From: a virus
Lineage: Duplodnaviria; Caudoviricetes
IMG/VR virus record: IMGVR_UViG_3300036798_000409
Coordinates: 1 to 38,145 of that record
Length of the DNA: 38,145 bases
Reading direction: 5' to 3' (one strand)
The notes below the pieces were generated by a model. It was given only the letters and a program-made list of their open reading frames with translations. It searched no databases and was not told where the DNA came from. The number at the start of each line of letters is the position of its first letter. Positions within the stretch are counted from its first letter, which is position 1. Made by a program: the position numbers and the translations under genes. Shown here in pieces: positions 8,951-17,813 of the stretch.

Positions 8951-10314
8951 CAGCCGAAGGTCCCTGTGTTGGAGGCGCTGCTTTCGATTCGGGCCATGAA
9001 CTGGTTGTTAAGCAAAACCCAGCCCTCGAAATACTTGTAACCGATCACCCGCAATTGGTTGAGAGGATCAGACTTATCTGCCTCGAACAACCGCGTCCAG
9101 GTCAGCTCTTCGAGCTTCAGCGCGGCGAATGCTCGCTGCCCGAAGACGAAGGTCGGGAACACCGTCACGCCGGTTGCGGGGGCCGCGGGCGGCACCTGGA
9201 AGAGACCGACGCCGGTCAGCAGGACCGTGGTCGACGGCGGCAGTAGGATCGCTTGACCTGCGTAGGGGCCGACGGTCGGGGCCGCGCTGGAGTTGGTCGT
9301 CGCCAGGTTGATGATCGTGGTCGTGGCGCTGATGCCGCTGGAGATGTAGACGGCATAGGTGAACCCGGTCGTCGACGGCGTGGTGACCGAGATCCCGCCG
9401 TTGGGGCCGGTTACGGAGACGCTCGCCGATACTTGGGTGATGCGGCTCTCGTAAAAATTCTGCGTATCCCAGCCGGTCACCTGAACGTAATAGGTGCCGG
9501 TCGCCAGCGCGCCGCCGGTCGTGCCCGTTCCGGTGACAGCGGCGACTCCGACGAAGCTCGGGATCAGGTTACTTTCGCAGAAGTGCATTCCGCGCCAGTA
9601 ACCCGTCTCGTTGATGTAGAGCCGGGTGATGTCCGAGTACGACCACGCGGTGACGACCGTCGGGTTGTTCGCAAAGTCGTTGAGCACGAGCGGCGAGGCG
9701 ACGGCCATGTAATGTTCGTGCGTCCGCGGGCTCTTCGTCTCGCCGCCCTTGACGTTGTACGAAATGCTGCGCTGCACCGTCTCGCCGGTCTGGCCCGACC
9801 ACATCGGCGCACCGAGCTGCTTTAGGTTCGCGACCGTGCGGTTCACAGTGAACGGGTCGAGCACGTCGCCGGCCAGGACGTTGGCGCGCGAGCCGCGCTG
9901 CGCCACGTAATTGACCTGCGTACCCGCCATCAGCGCGTTGAAGCCGTTGCGTTCGCGGAGCTCGGCCACTTGCATGCCGAGCCGCTCGGTCGCCTCGTGC
10001 AGCAAATCGTGTTGGATCGTGATCGTGGCGACGTCGGTAAACGTCACTTTGTCGCCCCACTGGAGCGCGACGCCCGTCACCTGACTGATCGTCAGCGTCT
10101 CGCCGATCGGCGGCACGCCCTCGGAGAGCGGAGCGGTCGGCAGCGGGAAGCGGTTGAACCGGGTCGCCGTCCACGACGTGCCCATGTGCTTGGGCATCGT
10201 CTTCTTGTCGGCGAATTGGTAAACGACCAGAAATCGCTGGGCGACCTCCAACGTCTCCTTGTCGAGAATGCGCTGGACGTCTGCTTGGAATTGGCCGGAT
10301 GAATTGGTCGCCAT
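8950..10314 (-). CDS. Major capsid protein (N4-gp56-like) with inserted Ig/Fn3-like domain
   Basis: FADKKTMPKHMG, PLSEGVPP, QWGDKVTFTD and C-terminal DKSDPLNQ...IGYK motifs; follows portal and scaffold. Confidence 0.85.
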   Translation of the reverse strand: MATNSSGQFQADVQRILDKETLEVAQRFLVVYQFADKKTMPKHMGTSWTATRFNRFPLPTAPLSEGVPPIGETLTISQVTGVALQWGDKVTFTDVATITIQHDLLHEATERLGMQVAELRERNGFNALMAGTQVNYVAQRGSRANVLAGDVLDPFTVNRTVANLKQLGAPMWSGQTGETVQRSISYNVKGGETKSPRTHEHYMAVASPLVLNDFANNPTVVTAWSYSDITRLYINETGYWRGMHFCESNLIPSFVGVAAVTGTGTTGGALATGTYYVQVTGWDTQNFYESRITQVSASVSVTGPNGGISVTTPSTTGFTYAVYISSGISATTTIINLATTNSSAAPTVGPYAGQAILLPPSTTVLLTGVGLFQVPPAAPATGVTVFPTFVFGQRAFAALKLEELTWTRLFEADKSDPLNQLRVIGYKYFEGWVLLNNQFMARIESSASNTGTFG

Positions 10315-10346
10315 TTTAGGTTATGGCCCTCATCAGGGCCACTCGA

Positions 10347-11108
10347 TCACCAGAGCGGGCGGCCCTGCACCCGCTGAAGTGCTGCTTCGTAGGAATCGCC
10401 TGATGCCGCACGGTCGCGCTGGACGTCGGAGCGCCCCCCCGCTGGTCGCGTGGTCTGGCTCGCAACCCGGCGCTGTGCTGCCTGGCGCTGCCGGCCGGAA
10501 GTGCGGGTCTTTTGCCGTAGGGCTTCCTGCCCGTACAAATATGTGAAGATGACCTCGCGGGTTGGCGCACGGCCGGGGCCGCCGAGATCGCGGAATTGTT
10601 GCTCGACCTGCGCCGACATGCGCTGCCGCACGGGGTCCGATCGGCATGCGGAGTCCCATGTCGAGCGGTCGATCTGGTCGGTAATCTGAGCGTTTTGCGT
10701 TTGAAGCGCTGAGGCGAACTCTCGCCGGTCTCGCTCGCGCCAGTAGTTGATTTGCTGATCGGGGCTGAGCAGCGCCACTTGCTCGCGCTCTTGCGCCTCA
10801 CGCCGCGCCTGCTCGGCGGGGTCAACCCGCGGCGGCGGCTGGTATGATCGGGCAGCAAGCTCACGTTCGTTCCGCTCTAACCTTTCACGCAATTCGCGGA
10901 TTTCCCGCGACTGCCTTTCACGTCGCCCCGGCCGCTGCTGCGTTTTTGCGGCGGTCGGCTCGTCGGTACTCGGCGGCTCATCACCGCCGTCGTCATCGCC
11001 CTCGGCCGGCTGCTCATCGCCGGTATCGGGCTCCTCGAGTTCCTCGTCGAGATCGAGTTCGTCATCCTGTTCGGCCGGCTCTTGCGTGCCGGGGCGATCT
11101 TCGGACAT
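10347..11108 (-). CDS. Capsid scaffolding protein
   Basis: Acidic disordered N-terminus then coiled coil; lies between portal and capsid; GAGGA SD. Confidence 0.7.
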   Translation of the reverse strand: MSEDRPGTQEPAEQDDELDLDEELEEPDTGDEQPAEGDDDGGDEPPSTDEPTAAKTQQRPGRRERQSREIRELRERLERNERELAARSYQPPPRVDPAEQARREAQEREQVALLSPDQQINYWRERDRREFASALQTQNAQITDQIDRSTWDSACRSDPVRQRMSAQVEQQFRDLGGPGRAPTREVIFTYLYGQEALRQKTRTSGRQRQAAQRRVASQTTRPAGGRSDVQRDRAASGDSYEAALQRVQGRPLW

Positions 11109-11178
11109 TCAGTTTTCCTCGGGTTACACGGGCGCCCACCGAAGGGTTAGCGCACAGCCACCTGTGACATTCCGTCGC

Positions 11179-11208
11179 GCTATACGCGGGATGCTTGCAT
11201 CGAGTCAA
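11179..11208 (-). promoter_or_regulatory. Candidate sigma70-type promoter for scaffold/capsid genes
   Basis: Minus strand TTGACT (11208-11203), 18 nt, TATAGC (11184-11179) in the portal-scaffold gap. Confidence 0.4.
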
Positions 11209-11229
11209 GCAGGAGCGTATGAGTGAGCG

Positions 11230-11327
11230 GTCGGGTGGTCCTTAGTCGTCCCTGACCATGGTGTCTTCCTCCTAAGATGCGTCCTCTCAGACGCCACCTC
11301 GGGCCGCTTCGGCGGCCCTTTTTCTTT
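11230..11327 (+). ncRNA. Candidate multi-hairpin sRNA with anti-SD loop
   Basis: Possible promoter TTGCAT-N17-TATGAG (11195-11223); three short hairpins, one with loop CCTCCT; ends in a plus-strand intrinsic terminator. Confidence 0.4.
11301..11327 (+). terminator. Intrinsic terminator, antisense to the late operon
   Basis: GGGCCGC-TTCG-GCGGCCC followed by TTTTTCTTT. Confidence 0.8.
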
Positions 11328-13539
11328 ACCGCCTCGGCATCGGCACCGCACCGGCACGCGGCATCTGGTCCGGGTGTATCGCGCCGGGCGGGCCCTTCAC
11401 GAGCTGCGGCCCGGCCGGCATGGCTCCCTGTCGCGGAGGGGCGCCGCCGCGAGACGGCCTCTGTCCTTGCTGCCCACCTTGCATCCCGGCTTGCTGTTGC
11501 GCCTGCATTTGCGCCTGCCTCTTGATCCCGTCGGCAATGATGTGCCGCCGCATGTGGATATCGTAGGATGGATTGCCGGTCTGCTGCTTGCCTTGCATGT
11601 GGGCCCGCATGTGCGCCTGAAAGTCGTCGAGGACATGCACCGGAAGATCAAATCCCTGATCGAGTAGCTCGTTCTCGAATTCAGCATCGACCGACATGCT
11701 TTCGCGCAAGTCGAGAATTATCTGCGGACCGACATGCGGGCCGAAGATTCCCATGGCGGCCTTTTCGATCGCGACCCCGATCTGGAGCTGTTTGCCTTCT
11801 TTCGCAAGCAACGGCTCAACCCCTCGGGCAATGTTGATAAACCCGATTTGCTGCTGAAACTGTTGGGCATTGCGGGCCATTTGCATGCCCGCCCATTCAA
11901 AGCTGTAGCGGGTGCGGGTCTGCTGCGGCGGGATCGCCTCAAGGATCGCACGCTTGCCCATCAAGCCATAGTGCCTGGCCGTCGTTTCCTTGTCCCGATA
12001 CTGGTAATCGAGATCGACAAACCAGCTCATCAAGTCGGTAAAGATGCCCTCTTCGCCACCCAGCACCGCACCGGCCTCGGTTGTCGTAAGTAGATCGACC
12101 TGCTGCTCTTGCGCGACCTGCGCCTGATTGCGCTTCGATGTTGATGTCTGCTGCGGCAGCATCGAGGGGTTGACGGATAGGCTCTGGAATACTTGCGAAA
12201 TGCAGTATTGAATGCGCTGTATGGCGCGCGGCGTCAGGTCTGGAAACTCGGCGAACTTGACGGCGTTCGGCGGCAGATCCCAGATCGCGCCGATATTCAT
12301 GATCAGCGGCTGCTTGCCGCTCGCAGGGTCACGAATCACGATCGGCATCGCCGCCATGTGCGCAACGTCGGCACCCTCGTTCGCGGCGTCGTTGGCCTCG
12401 TATTGTAGGCTGATCACGCCCTCTACCTGGGACTTGCCCTTGAAGACGCCGCCGATCTTCTCGACCGGCTCGCTAAGCAGCGGCACGCGATCGTTCCAGT
12501 GCGGGTTGCGGACGCAGCCGAGCGGCGACCCGTCGGGACCAAAGAACGTGCGTACGATGCGGCGCGGCCCGTCGTCATCATATTTTCCGTCAGCGCCGAG
12601 CGTGAGTAGATGCCCCGTCTCCCAAACGGTCGCTTCGGAACCCTTCTTGCGAATGCCGACCATCTCGGCAAGGAGCTTCTCGGCATCCGGCGGTGTGCCG
12701 GCTTTCGTCGAGGAAGACGCCTCGCCCATCGCGGCTAGAAGCTTCTTTCCCTCTTCTTTGTTGAGCATGCCAGCATCGCACATAGCCTCGACCTTGGCCT
12801 TCGACCAGCGGCGCACAATCGCGTAACCACCGCCCGCCGCCATAGCTTCGTCAATGGTATCCGCCGACGTCGGCCATATGAGTACGTCACTATCATGTAA
12901 AACCTCGCAAGCTGGCCGGGCCTCGACGTCATCCTCAACAACGATGTCTTCAATGTCCTCTCCGGGAACTTCGATGTCTTCGCCCGCGATCGTGACCGTC
13001 GGTCCGTGTGTTTCCCGTGAAACAACCTGCCGGTCGATCTCCGACCAATCGACGTAGAGGTTGAGCTGACCCTCGACATAGCCGTGCCGAATCAGCGGCT
13101 TGCAGACCCGGGTCTTTAGTTTTCCAGCTCGGATGTACTTGTCGAGCAGCGCAACGATTCCGTGAGGTTCCGAAGGTTCATCAGATACAACATCCACATA
13201 GTGACCTCCTTCGGGGAACAGCTGGTTAGACAATCGTGTAACAACAGCATTGATGGCGTCATGTACAATAGGGACATAGATTTGGGCGTCCCCCTCGTAA
13301 TATTGGTTGTCGTTGAGCCTGCAGTTGTAGGCATCCCAATAATCCATTTGCTTGTCGGCGCGGCCGCTCTGATCCTCGAAGCCCTTTTTGATCGAGGGCC
13401 ACAGCTCGGCGAGTTTCTTGCGGACGCGCGAGCCCTGGCGGCCGAGCAGGTCGCCGCCGCGCTTCAGCGCACGGTCGACGGCCGGCGGGGCATCATCCTC
13501 GGGGATTTCCTCGGCTGGCGGCGTCCGGTCTTCGCTCAA
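11326..13539 (-). CDS. Portal protein
   Basis: 737 aa directly after terminase (ATGA). IYVPIVHDAINA...LFP motif, CVRNPHWNDRVP, Gln-rich C-terminal tail. Confidence 0.85.
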   Translation of the reverse strand: MSEDRTPPAEEIPEDDAPPAVDRALKRGGDLLGRQGSRVRKKLAELWPSIKKGFEDQSGRADKQMDYWDAYNCRLNDNQYYEGDAQIYVPIVHDAINAVVTRLSNQLFPEGGHYVDVVSDEPSEPHGIVALLDKYIRAGKLKTRVCKPLIRHGYVEGQLNLYVDWSEIDRQVVSRETHGPTVTIAGEDIEVPGEDIEDIVVEDDVEARPACEVLHDSDVLIWPTSADTIDEAMAAGGGYAIVRRWSKAKVEAMCDAGMLNKEEGKKLLAAMGEASSSTKAGTPPDAEKLLAEMVGIRKKGSEATVWETGHLLTLGADGKYDDDGPRRIVRTFFGPDGSPLGCVRNPHWNDRVPLLSEPVEKIGGVFKGKSQVEGVISLQYEANDAANEGADVAHMAAMPIVIRDPASGKQPLIMNIGAIWDLPPNAVKFAEFPDLTPRAIQRIQYCISQVFQSLSVNPSMLPQQTSTSKRNQAQVAQEQQVDLLTTTEAGAVLGGEEGIFTDLMSWFVDLDYQYRDKETTARHYGLMGKRAILEAIPPQQTRTRYSFEWAGMQMARNAQQFQQQIGFINIARGVEPLLAKEGKQLQIGVAIEKAAMGIFGPHVGPQIILDLRESMSVDAEFENELLDQGFDLPVHVLDDFQAHMRAHMQGKQQTGNPSYDIHMRRHIIADGIKRQAQMQAQQQAGMQGGQQGQRPSRGGAPPRQGAMPAGPQLVKGPPGAIHPDQMPRAGAVPMPRR

Positions 13540-15572
13540 TGGTGCCTCGCGGGGATGGCGCTCGCGTATCGCCGGCCCTGGCGATCAAAGCTCCAGTTCG
13601 GCTCGGTCTCTTCCTCATCGGTCGTCATCGTCATCAGAGCGGCCCAGCTTTCGATGCCCTCCATCAGGCAGCGGTAGGGGCCGGTCTCGGCCTCGATCGA
13701 GTTCCGGGCGCGACAATACCCGCCCGTGAGCGCTCGCAATGTCCAGCGCGCCGACGAGCCGACCTGGACGACAACCTCGCCGAGCCGCATGCGCTGGAGG
13801 CTATCAGCCAAGTAGGCTCGCCCGTCAGGAAGGGATCCGCCTCTTTGACCCACCGCAGGTAAGCGGTTAATCGCTTGGACAAGTCCGACATTCATCCACC
13901 TATCCCAATGCCAATCCGGGGCTACCCAACTAGGAGCCGCACGCCGCATGACGGGCACCGTATCCGGAATTTTAAGCGCGTCGAATCCACTTGGGCGGGC
14001 GGCGGGTAGCATCCGGTATCCAGCCGAGGCGAGCTGCCCGTCGACGGCAATCGAGGCGACGTGCTCCTCCGGCGGGCCCTCGTACGCCCAATCCGCCACA
14101 ACCACCAGGCGATCCGCCGAATACTGGCAAAGCGCCGCAGTGGTCCATCGGTCGCGAGCGTTAACAGCCAGGTACGACGGCCGCCAGGGTGAAGGCGCAA
14201 GATTTTCGACAACGTGTTCCTCCCGAAAGCCGTCTATCATCGGCATGCCAGGCTTCAGCAGCAGCGCATAGGCGAGCGCGTTCGGCGCGTCAATGGGCGG
14301 CTCGGGGAAGCTCAGCAATTGCGATCGCAGGTCGGGGCAGTCCTCGGCGAACTCGACCTCGCCGGCCTCGAAGAACAGCTGGAGGCCGCGAATGAAGTCG
14401 AGCTTGCGCCGGGGTGCGTTGACGGGCTTCAGAGGGACGACGAGCCCGCGACGGATCTGCTCGGTGCGCAACGGCTCCCGAATCCATTCCGAAAGCCCCG
14501 TATCCTCGACTCCGAGATAGATCGGATCGAACTCTGCGGCGGTGCGAAAGATGTCTTCGACCATCTCGGTGGGCAACCATTTGTGGGCCTCGCCGCGCCA
14601 CACGATGAGCTTGCCACCGACCCAGGACCACACGGCTTTGCCGGTCGTCGCCGAGTTGCGGCCAACCGTGCGGGCCGGGTCGTACATTGCCCAGACCGGC
14701 TCATAGGTCCGGGTCCGCGTCACCCGGCGGAATTTGCTTTCGAGGAACACCCGCGAATCGTCGGCCACGGCTCGGCACATGTATTCCTGCACGTAGGTAT
14801 GCAGGTCACCGCGGTAATCCTGCTTCAGCCTGTCGATGACCGGCAATGGGAACTTCGCCGGCCAGGTCGCGCGGCGCTCACCCTGCTCGTCCAGGTACTC
14901 GATCGGCACCTTGAACACGGGCCATCCCGCCCGCTCTAGCCGCTCGGGAAGGCTGCCTTGCCCGCGCCGGGTGCCGAGCGCCCGAACCCACGACGTGATC
15001 GGATTGTCGAGCGACGGCATAAGGGTCTTCAGCAGCCATTCCCAGGTGGCCTTGCGCTCGACATCGGAGCGTGTTTCCTCGGGATCCTCGACGTCATCGA
15101 TCAGCAACGCATCCGGCCGGGTGTCGAGGTATTTCATGCCGGTCACCGACATGTCGCGACCGAGCGCCTGGATGGCGGTGCCGTTCGTCAGGGTGATCAT
15201 GCCCTCTTGCCACGTCACGCCGCGGACGTTGCCGAATAGGCGCTCGATCTCGCGGTTGACCTCGATCTCTCGCTTGATCGCCGCGAGGCGCTGGATCGCC
15301 AGCGGCCGAAAGTTGGCGCTGACGATGACCATGTATTTGAACTCGCCGAAGAGTGCGCGGAGGAGCGCGGCTTCCTCAAGGTAGGTCGTCTTGCCGACGC
15401 CGCGGAATCCCTCGAACGAGAAGCGGGCGTGCGGGCCGTGGATCAGGTCAACGAGCTCGCGGTGCGCGGGGCAGGATTTCTCGGGGTGGCGGTTGGCGAA
15501 GATCCGCTGGTGAGCGAGCCACCGGTCGCCACGGAGACGGGCGATGACCTCCTCGCGGGTCGGCTCAGGCAA
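13536..15572 (-). CDS. terL: Terminase large subunit with C-terminal extension
   Basis: Walker A FRGVGKTT, Walker B LLIDDVE, coupling motif LGT, QEYMC, nuclease YDPA...GVED...DAPNAL; TTG start. Confidence 0.92.
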   Translation of the reverse strand: MPEPTREEVIARLRGDRWLAHQRIFANRHPEKSCPAHRELVDLIHGPHARFSFEGFRGVGKTTYLEEAALLRALFGEFKYMVIVSANFRPLAIQRLAAIKREIEVNREIERLFGNVRGVTWQEGMITLTNGTAIQALGRDMSVTGMKYLDTRPDALLIDDVEDPEETRSDVERKATWEWLLKTLMPSLDNPITSWVRALGTRRGQGSLPERLERAGWPVFKVPIEYLDEQGERRATWPAKFPLPVIDRLKQDYRGDLHTYVQEYMCRAVADDSRVFLESKFRRVTRTRTYEPVWAMYDPARTVGRNSATTGKAVWSWVGGKLIVWRGEAHKWLPTEMVEDIFRTAAEFDPIYLGVEDTGLSEWIREPLRTEQIRRGLVVPLKPVNAPRRKLDFIRGLQLFFEAGEVEFAEDCPDLRSQLLSFPEPPIDAPNALAYALLLKPGMPMIDGFREEHVVENLAPSPWRPSYLAVNARDRWTTAALCQYSADRLVVVADWAYEGPPEEHVASIAVDGQLASAGYRMLPAARPSGFDALKIPDTVPVMRRAAPSWVAPDWHWDRWMNVGLVQAINRLPAVGQRGGSLPDGRAYLADSLQRMRLGEVVVQVGSSARWTLRALTGGYCRARNSIEAETGPYRCLMEGIESWAALMTMTTDEEETEPNWSFDRQGRRYASAIPARHH

Positions 15573-15694
15573 ATTTCTTCACCCGAATCGCACCAACACG
15601 GATAGCCGCCGCAAACCGAACATGCGACATTTCGTCCCGTCCGATCAAAATAATCGAAGATCCGGTCAAGATCGTGAGCATCGGGAAGAGCCAT
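15443..15694 (-). CDS. Small Cys-motif protein upstream of terL
   Basis: ATG 15694 after AAGGGA; CSVCGGYPCWC; frame overlaps the terL start. Confidence 0.4.
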   Translation of the reverse strand: MALPDAHDLDRIFDYFDRTGRNVACSVCGGYPCWCDSGEEICLSRPARRSSPVSVATGGSLTSGSSPTATPRNPAPRTASSLT

Positions 15695-15706
15695 ACACAA
15701 TCCCTT

Positions 15707-15749
15707 GAGAAAGCGAAAGCCCGGCGAGGGGATGCAGGACCCGCCGGGC
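15707..15749 (-). terminator. Possible terminator or attenuator upstream of the late operon
   Basis: GCCCGGCG/CGCCGGGC stem (15719-15726 with 15742-15749) followed on the minus strand by TTTCGCTTTC. Confidence 0.4.
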
Positions 15750-15814
15750 TCTCGGGAGGCTTGACACGAGGCCAAACCGGGGAGTGAAAAACGTTCTGGC
15801 TAACGGAGGTACGA

Positions 15815-16027
15815 ATGCACCCGGATTACGACGAAATCAAGTCTCTTCGTGCGCGCGGCTGGTCGTTCCTGAAAATCGGCCGGCATTTTGGGGCGGACCC
15901 GACCGGAATCCGGAGAGCAATGTTGCGCGGCGACGCATCGATTCCCGGAACGACCAGATATGGGGCTAATCAGGCCCGCGCGTTTTACCGCTTCCCGATC
16001 AACTCGCACAAGCCGGGGCCGGGATGA
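15815..16027 (+). CDS. Small helix-turn-helix protein
   Basis: GGAGGT SD; IKSLRARGWSFLKIGRHFGADPTGIRRAM fits an HTH pattern; TTGACA at 15761 upstream. Confidence 0.7.
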   Translation: MHPDYDEIKSLRARGWSFLKIGRHFGADPTGIRRAMLRGDASIPGTTRYGANQARAFYRFPINSHKPGPG

Positions 16028-16254
16028 GCGACCTGCCGTTCCCCCACCGGTCGCAGAAGCACTTCTGCTCGAACTGCGGCAAGAGCCTGAGCTACTACGA
16101 GTGCCGGCCGATCTTCGGTGGGCTCTGCCGCAAGTGTCGCGAGCCGACCGAGGAGGCTCAGGAAAAATCGGAACACGGCCGGCGAACCAGTAGGAAAATC
16201 TCGGATGACCAGTTTCTCGCGGCGCTCCGGCGAGCATTTCCGAATCGCGGCTGA
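16024..16254 (+). CDS. Zinc-finger-like protein
   Basis: CSNC...CRKC; ATGA-coupled. Confidence 0.55.
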   Translation: MSDLPFPHRSQKHFCSNCGKSLSYYECRPIFGGLCRKCREPTEEAQEKSEHGRRTSRKISDDQFLAALRRAFPNRG

Positions 16255-16420
16255 GCACGCGGCCTGGTGTCGCGACCAGGGACTGCTGCCGAGGGAAGTC
16301 CTGGCGACGATCGGTGTCAGCTATCCGGAGTTCGCCGGTCATCCTGGGTGGACTGACGTTCACGAGGAGCTGGCGCGCGCCCATTGTCGCTTGACGGGCG
16401 AGCGCGGCGCGGCTATGTGA
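16205..16420 (+). CDS. Hypothetical protein
   Basis: ATG 16205; stop overlaps the next GTG (GTGA). Confidence 0.45.
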   Translation: MTSFSRRSGEHFRIAAEHAAWCRDQGLLPREVLATIGVSYPEFAGHPGWTDVHEELARAHCRLTGERGAAM

Positions 16421-17103
16421 GCGCTCGGAGGGCGTCCGTTCCGGTTGATCCCCGGATAGTCCGCTCGCCGTCTCGACCTCCGGCAAAGGTTTTGACGCCC
16501 TCCGCTTTCAACCGGAGGGGTCGGGAGGTCGCCTTGCCAGACAACCAATCAATCCGTTCAAGGCGTTGCCGCCAGAAAAAGCTTTCGTTGCGCAACGATT
16601 TCGATCGTAGGTTATTGATAGTAGAGCAGGAAATGCTGTCGTTGCGCAACGAAATCGCAACGTTGCGCAACATCCCCCCACACCCCCCTTCTCTAAAGAA
16701 TCCTTCGGATAAGTTATGTAAGAACCCCTCTCCTCCTTCGGAGGAGATCCCCCAGACCGCAAACGGAGCTTTGCATGCGAAACGAGGACAAAGACTTTCG
16801 CCCGATTGGTACCCTTCTCTCGGAAGCCGTAGCTTCGCTGAAGGACTCGGGCTCGACCCCGACGCAACATTCGACCAATTCCGCGACTACTGGACGTCCC
16901 GAGCAGCCGGCGGAACCAAGCTCGATTGGGAAGCTACCTTCCGTGTTTGGTGTCGACACGAAGCCCAACGGGCCAAACCGAACGGCCACGGGAAATTCTC
17001 TGCAGTCGACAAGCTCCACATCGGCGCTCGCCTTGCGGCAGAGTCATTCGAGGCAAAGAGGCGAGCTCGTGAGCAGGCTGCTGAGCCACTTCTGGACGAG
17101 TGA
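16417..17103 (+). CDS. Replication initiator-like protein with DnaT-like C-terminal domain
   Basis: PPHPPSLKN linker; RGQRLSPDWYP...FDQFRDYW...KLDWEATFRVW motif; internal DNA repeats. Confidence 0.7.
   Translation: MSARRASVPVDPRIVRSPSRPPAKVLTPSAFNRRGREVALPDNQSIRSRRCRQKKLSLRNDFDRRLLIVEQEMLSLRNEIATLRNIPPHPPSLKNPSDKLCKNPSPPSEEIPQTANGALHAKRGQRLSPDWYPSLGSRSFAEGLGLDPDATFDQFRDYWTSRAAGGTKLDWEATFRVWCRHEAQRAKPNGHGKFSAVDKLHIGARLAAESFEAKRRAREQAAEPLLDE
16585..16671. repeat. Three palindromic iteron-like repeats (candidate origin)
   Basis: TCGTTGCGCAACGA at 16585-16598 and 16639-16652; CGTTGCGCAAC at 16661-16671; AT-richer spacer between them. Confidence 0.65.
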
Positions 17104-17380
17104 CGACCATCCCACGAGCCGGCAAGCACAGATCGAGGATTGGCTTGAAGACCTCGACGATTACACCCCGCAGCAAGTAGAGGACGCTTGCCGGAAATGG
17201 CGCCGCTCTTCCTCGCGGCGACCGACGCCGCATGACATTCGCAAACTCATCGGAGCTGACGATATGGAGCATTTGCCGACCGATTGGTTGCCATCTGATG
17301 AGTGCCAATCCTATTATCGATCATGCGCCGATCGGTATCGGCTGAAAGGCAAGGTATGCTCAGATCGGTGTCGGACATGA
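17069..17380 (+). CDS. Helicase loader/inhibitor-like protein (G39P or lambda P N-terminal type)
   Basis: WLEDLDDYTPQQVEDACRKW...PTPHDIRK pattern right after the initiator; GTG 17069 with GAGG (the track extends the frame to 16775). Confidence 0.55.
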   Translation: MSRLLSHFWTSDDHPTSRQAQIEDWLEDLDDYTPQQVEDACRKWRRSSSRRPTPHDIRKLIGADDMEHLPTDWLPSDECQSYYRSCADRYRLKGKVCSDRCRT

Positions 17381-17643
17381 ACCCCTGGCTCGGCGCGCTG
17401 ACGGCGTGCGCGATCGCCCTCGCGGCGGCATTCTGCCTCTCCGGCTGCGGCTTGTCGGCAGCCATCGGCGGCACTGGTGCTGCCGGTGGCCTTCTCGGTC
17501 AGGCCGAGAACCTGGTGCCGGAGCTGGTCCTCCAGAAGTACCAAGCGCTCCACAACCTGAAGGTCGGCATGGAAGCGATCGACGCTTCACCGGGGGCAGT
17601 CACGATGATCACCCCGGCGCCGAGGATCGTACCGGCAAGGTGA
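17377..17643 (+). CDS. Putative lipoprotein
   Basis: ATGA-coupled; hydrophobic stretch followed by lipobox LSGC. Confidence 0.6.
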   Translation: MNPWLGALTACAIALAAAFCLSGCGLSAAIGGTGAAGGLLGQAENLVPELVLQKYQALHNLKVGMEAIDASPGAVTMITPAPRIVPAR

Positions 17644-17645
17644 GT

Positions 17646-17813
17646 ATGAGCAACGCCGAGATCGATGAAGCAATTGAGTTGGCGCTAGCTGCCCTAAATC
17701 CCATCAGCGGATTTCTGCGTCGCAGGCCGGCGGTGGCCGAACGCTACCTCGAAAGCGTGCGGATTAAGCTCAGGGCTGCTCAGGAGGAGATCAGGGTGCG
17801 GGGCAAACCATGA
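17646..17813 (+). CDS. Hypothetical protein
   Basis: MSNAEIDEAIELAL...GKP; AAGGTGA upstream. Confidence 0.5.
   Translation: MSNAEIDEAIELALAALNPISGFLRRRPAVAERYLESVRIKLRAAQEEIRVRGKP

Noticed and set aside
11786-11810. Self-target of the CRISPR spacer in the portal gene
   Set aside because: Only GAGCTG and a loose CCTTCTTTCGC resemble the spacer, with a large gap; no convincing protospacer seen by eye anywhere in the window.
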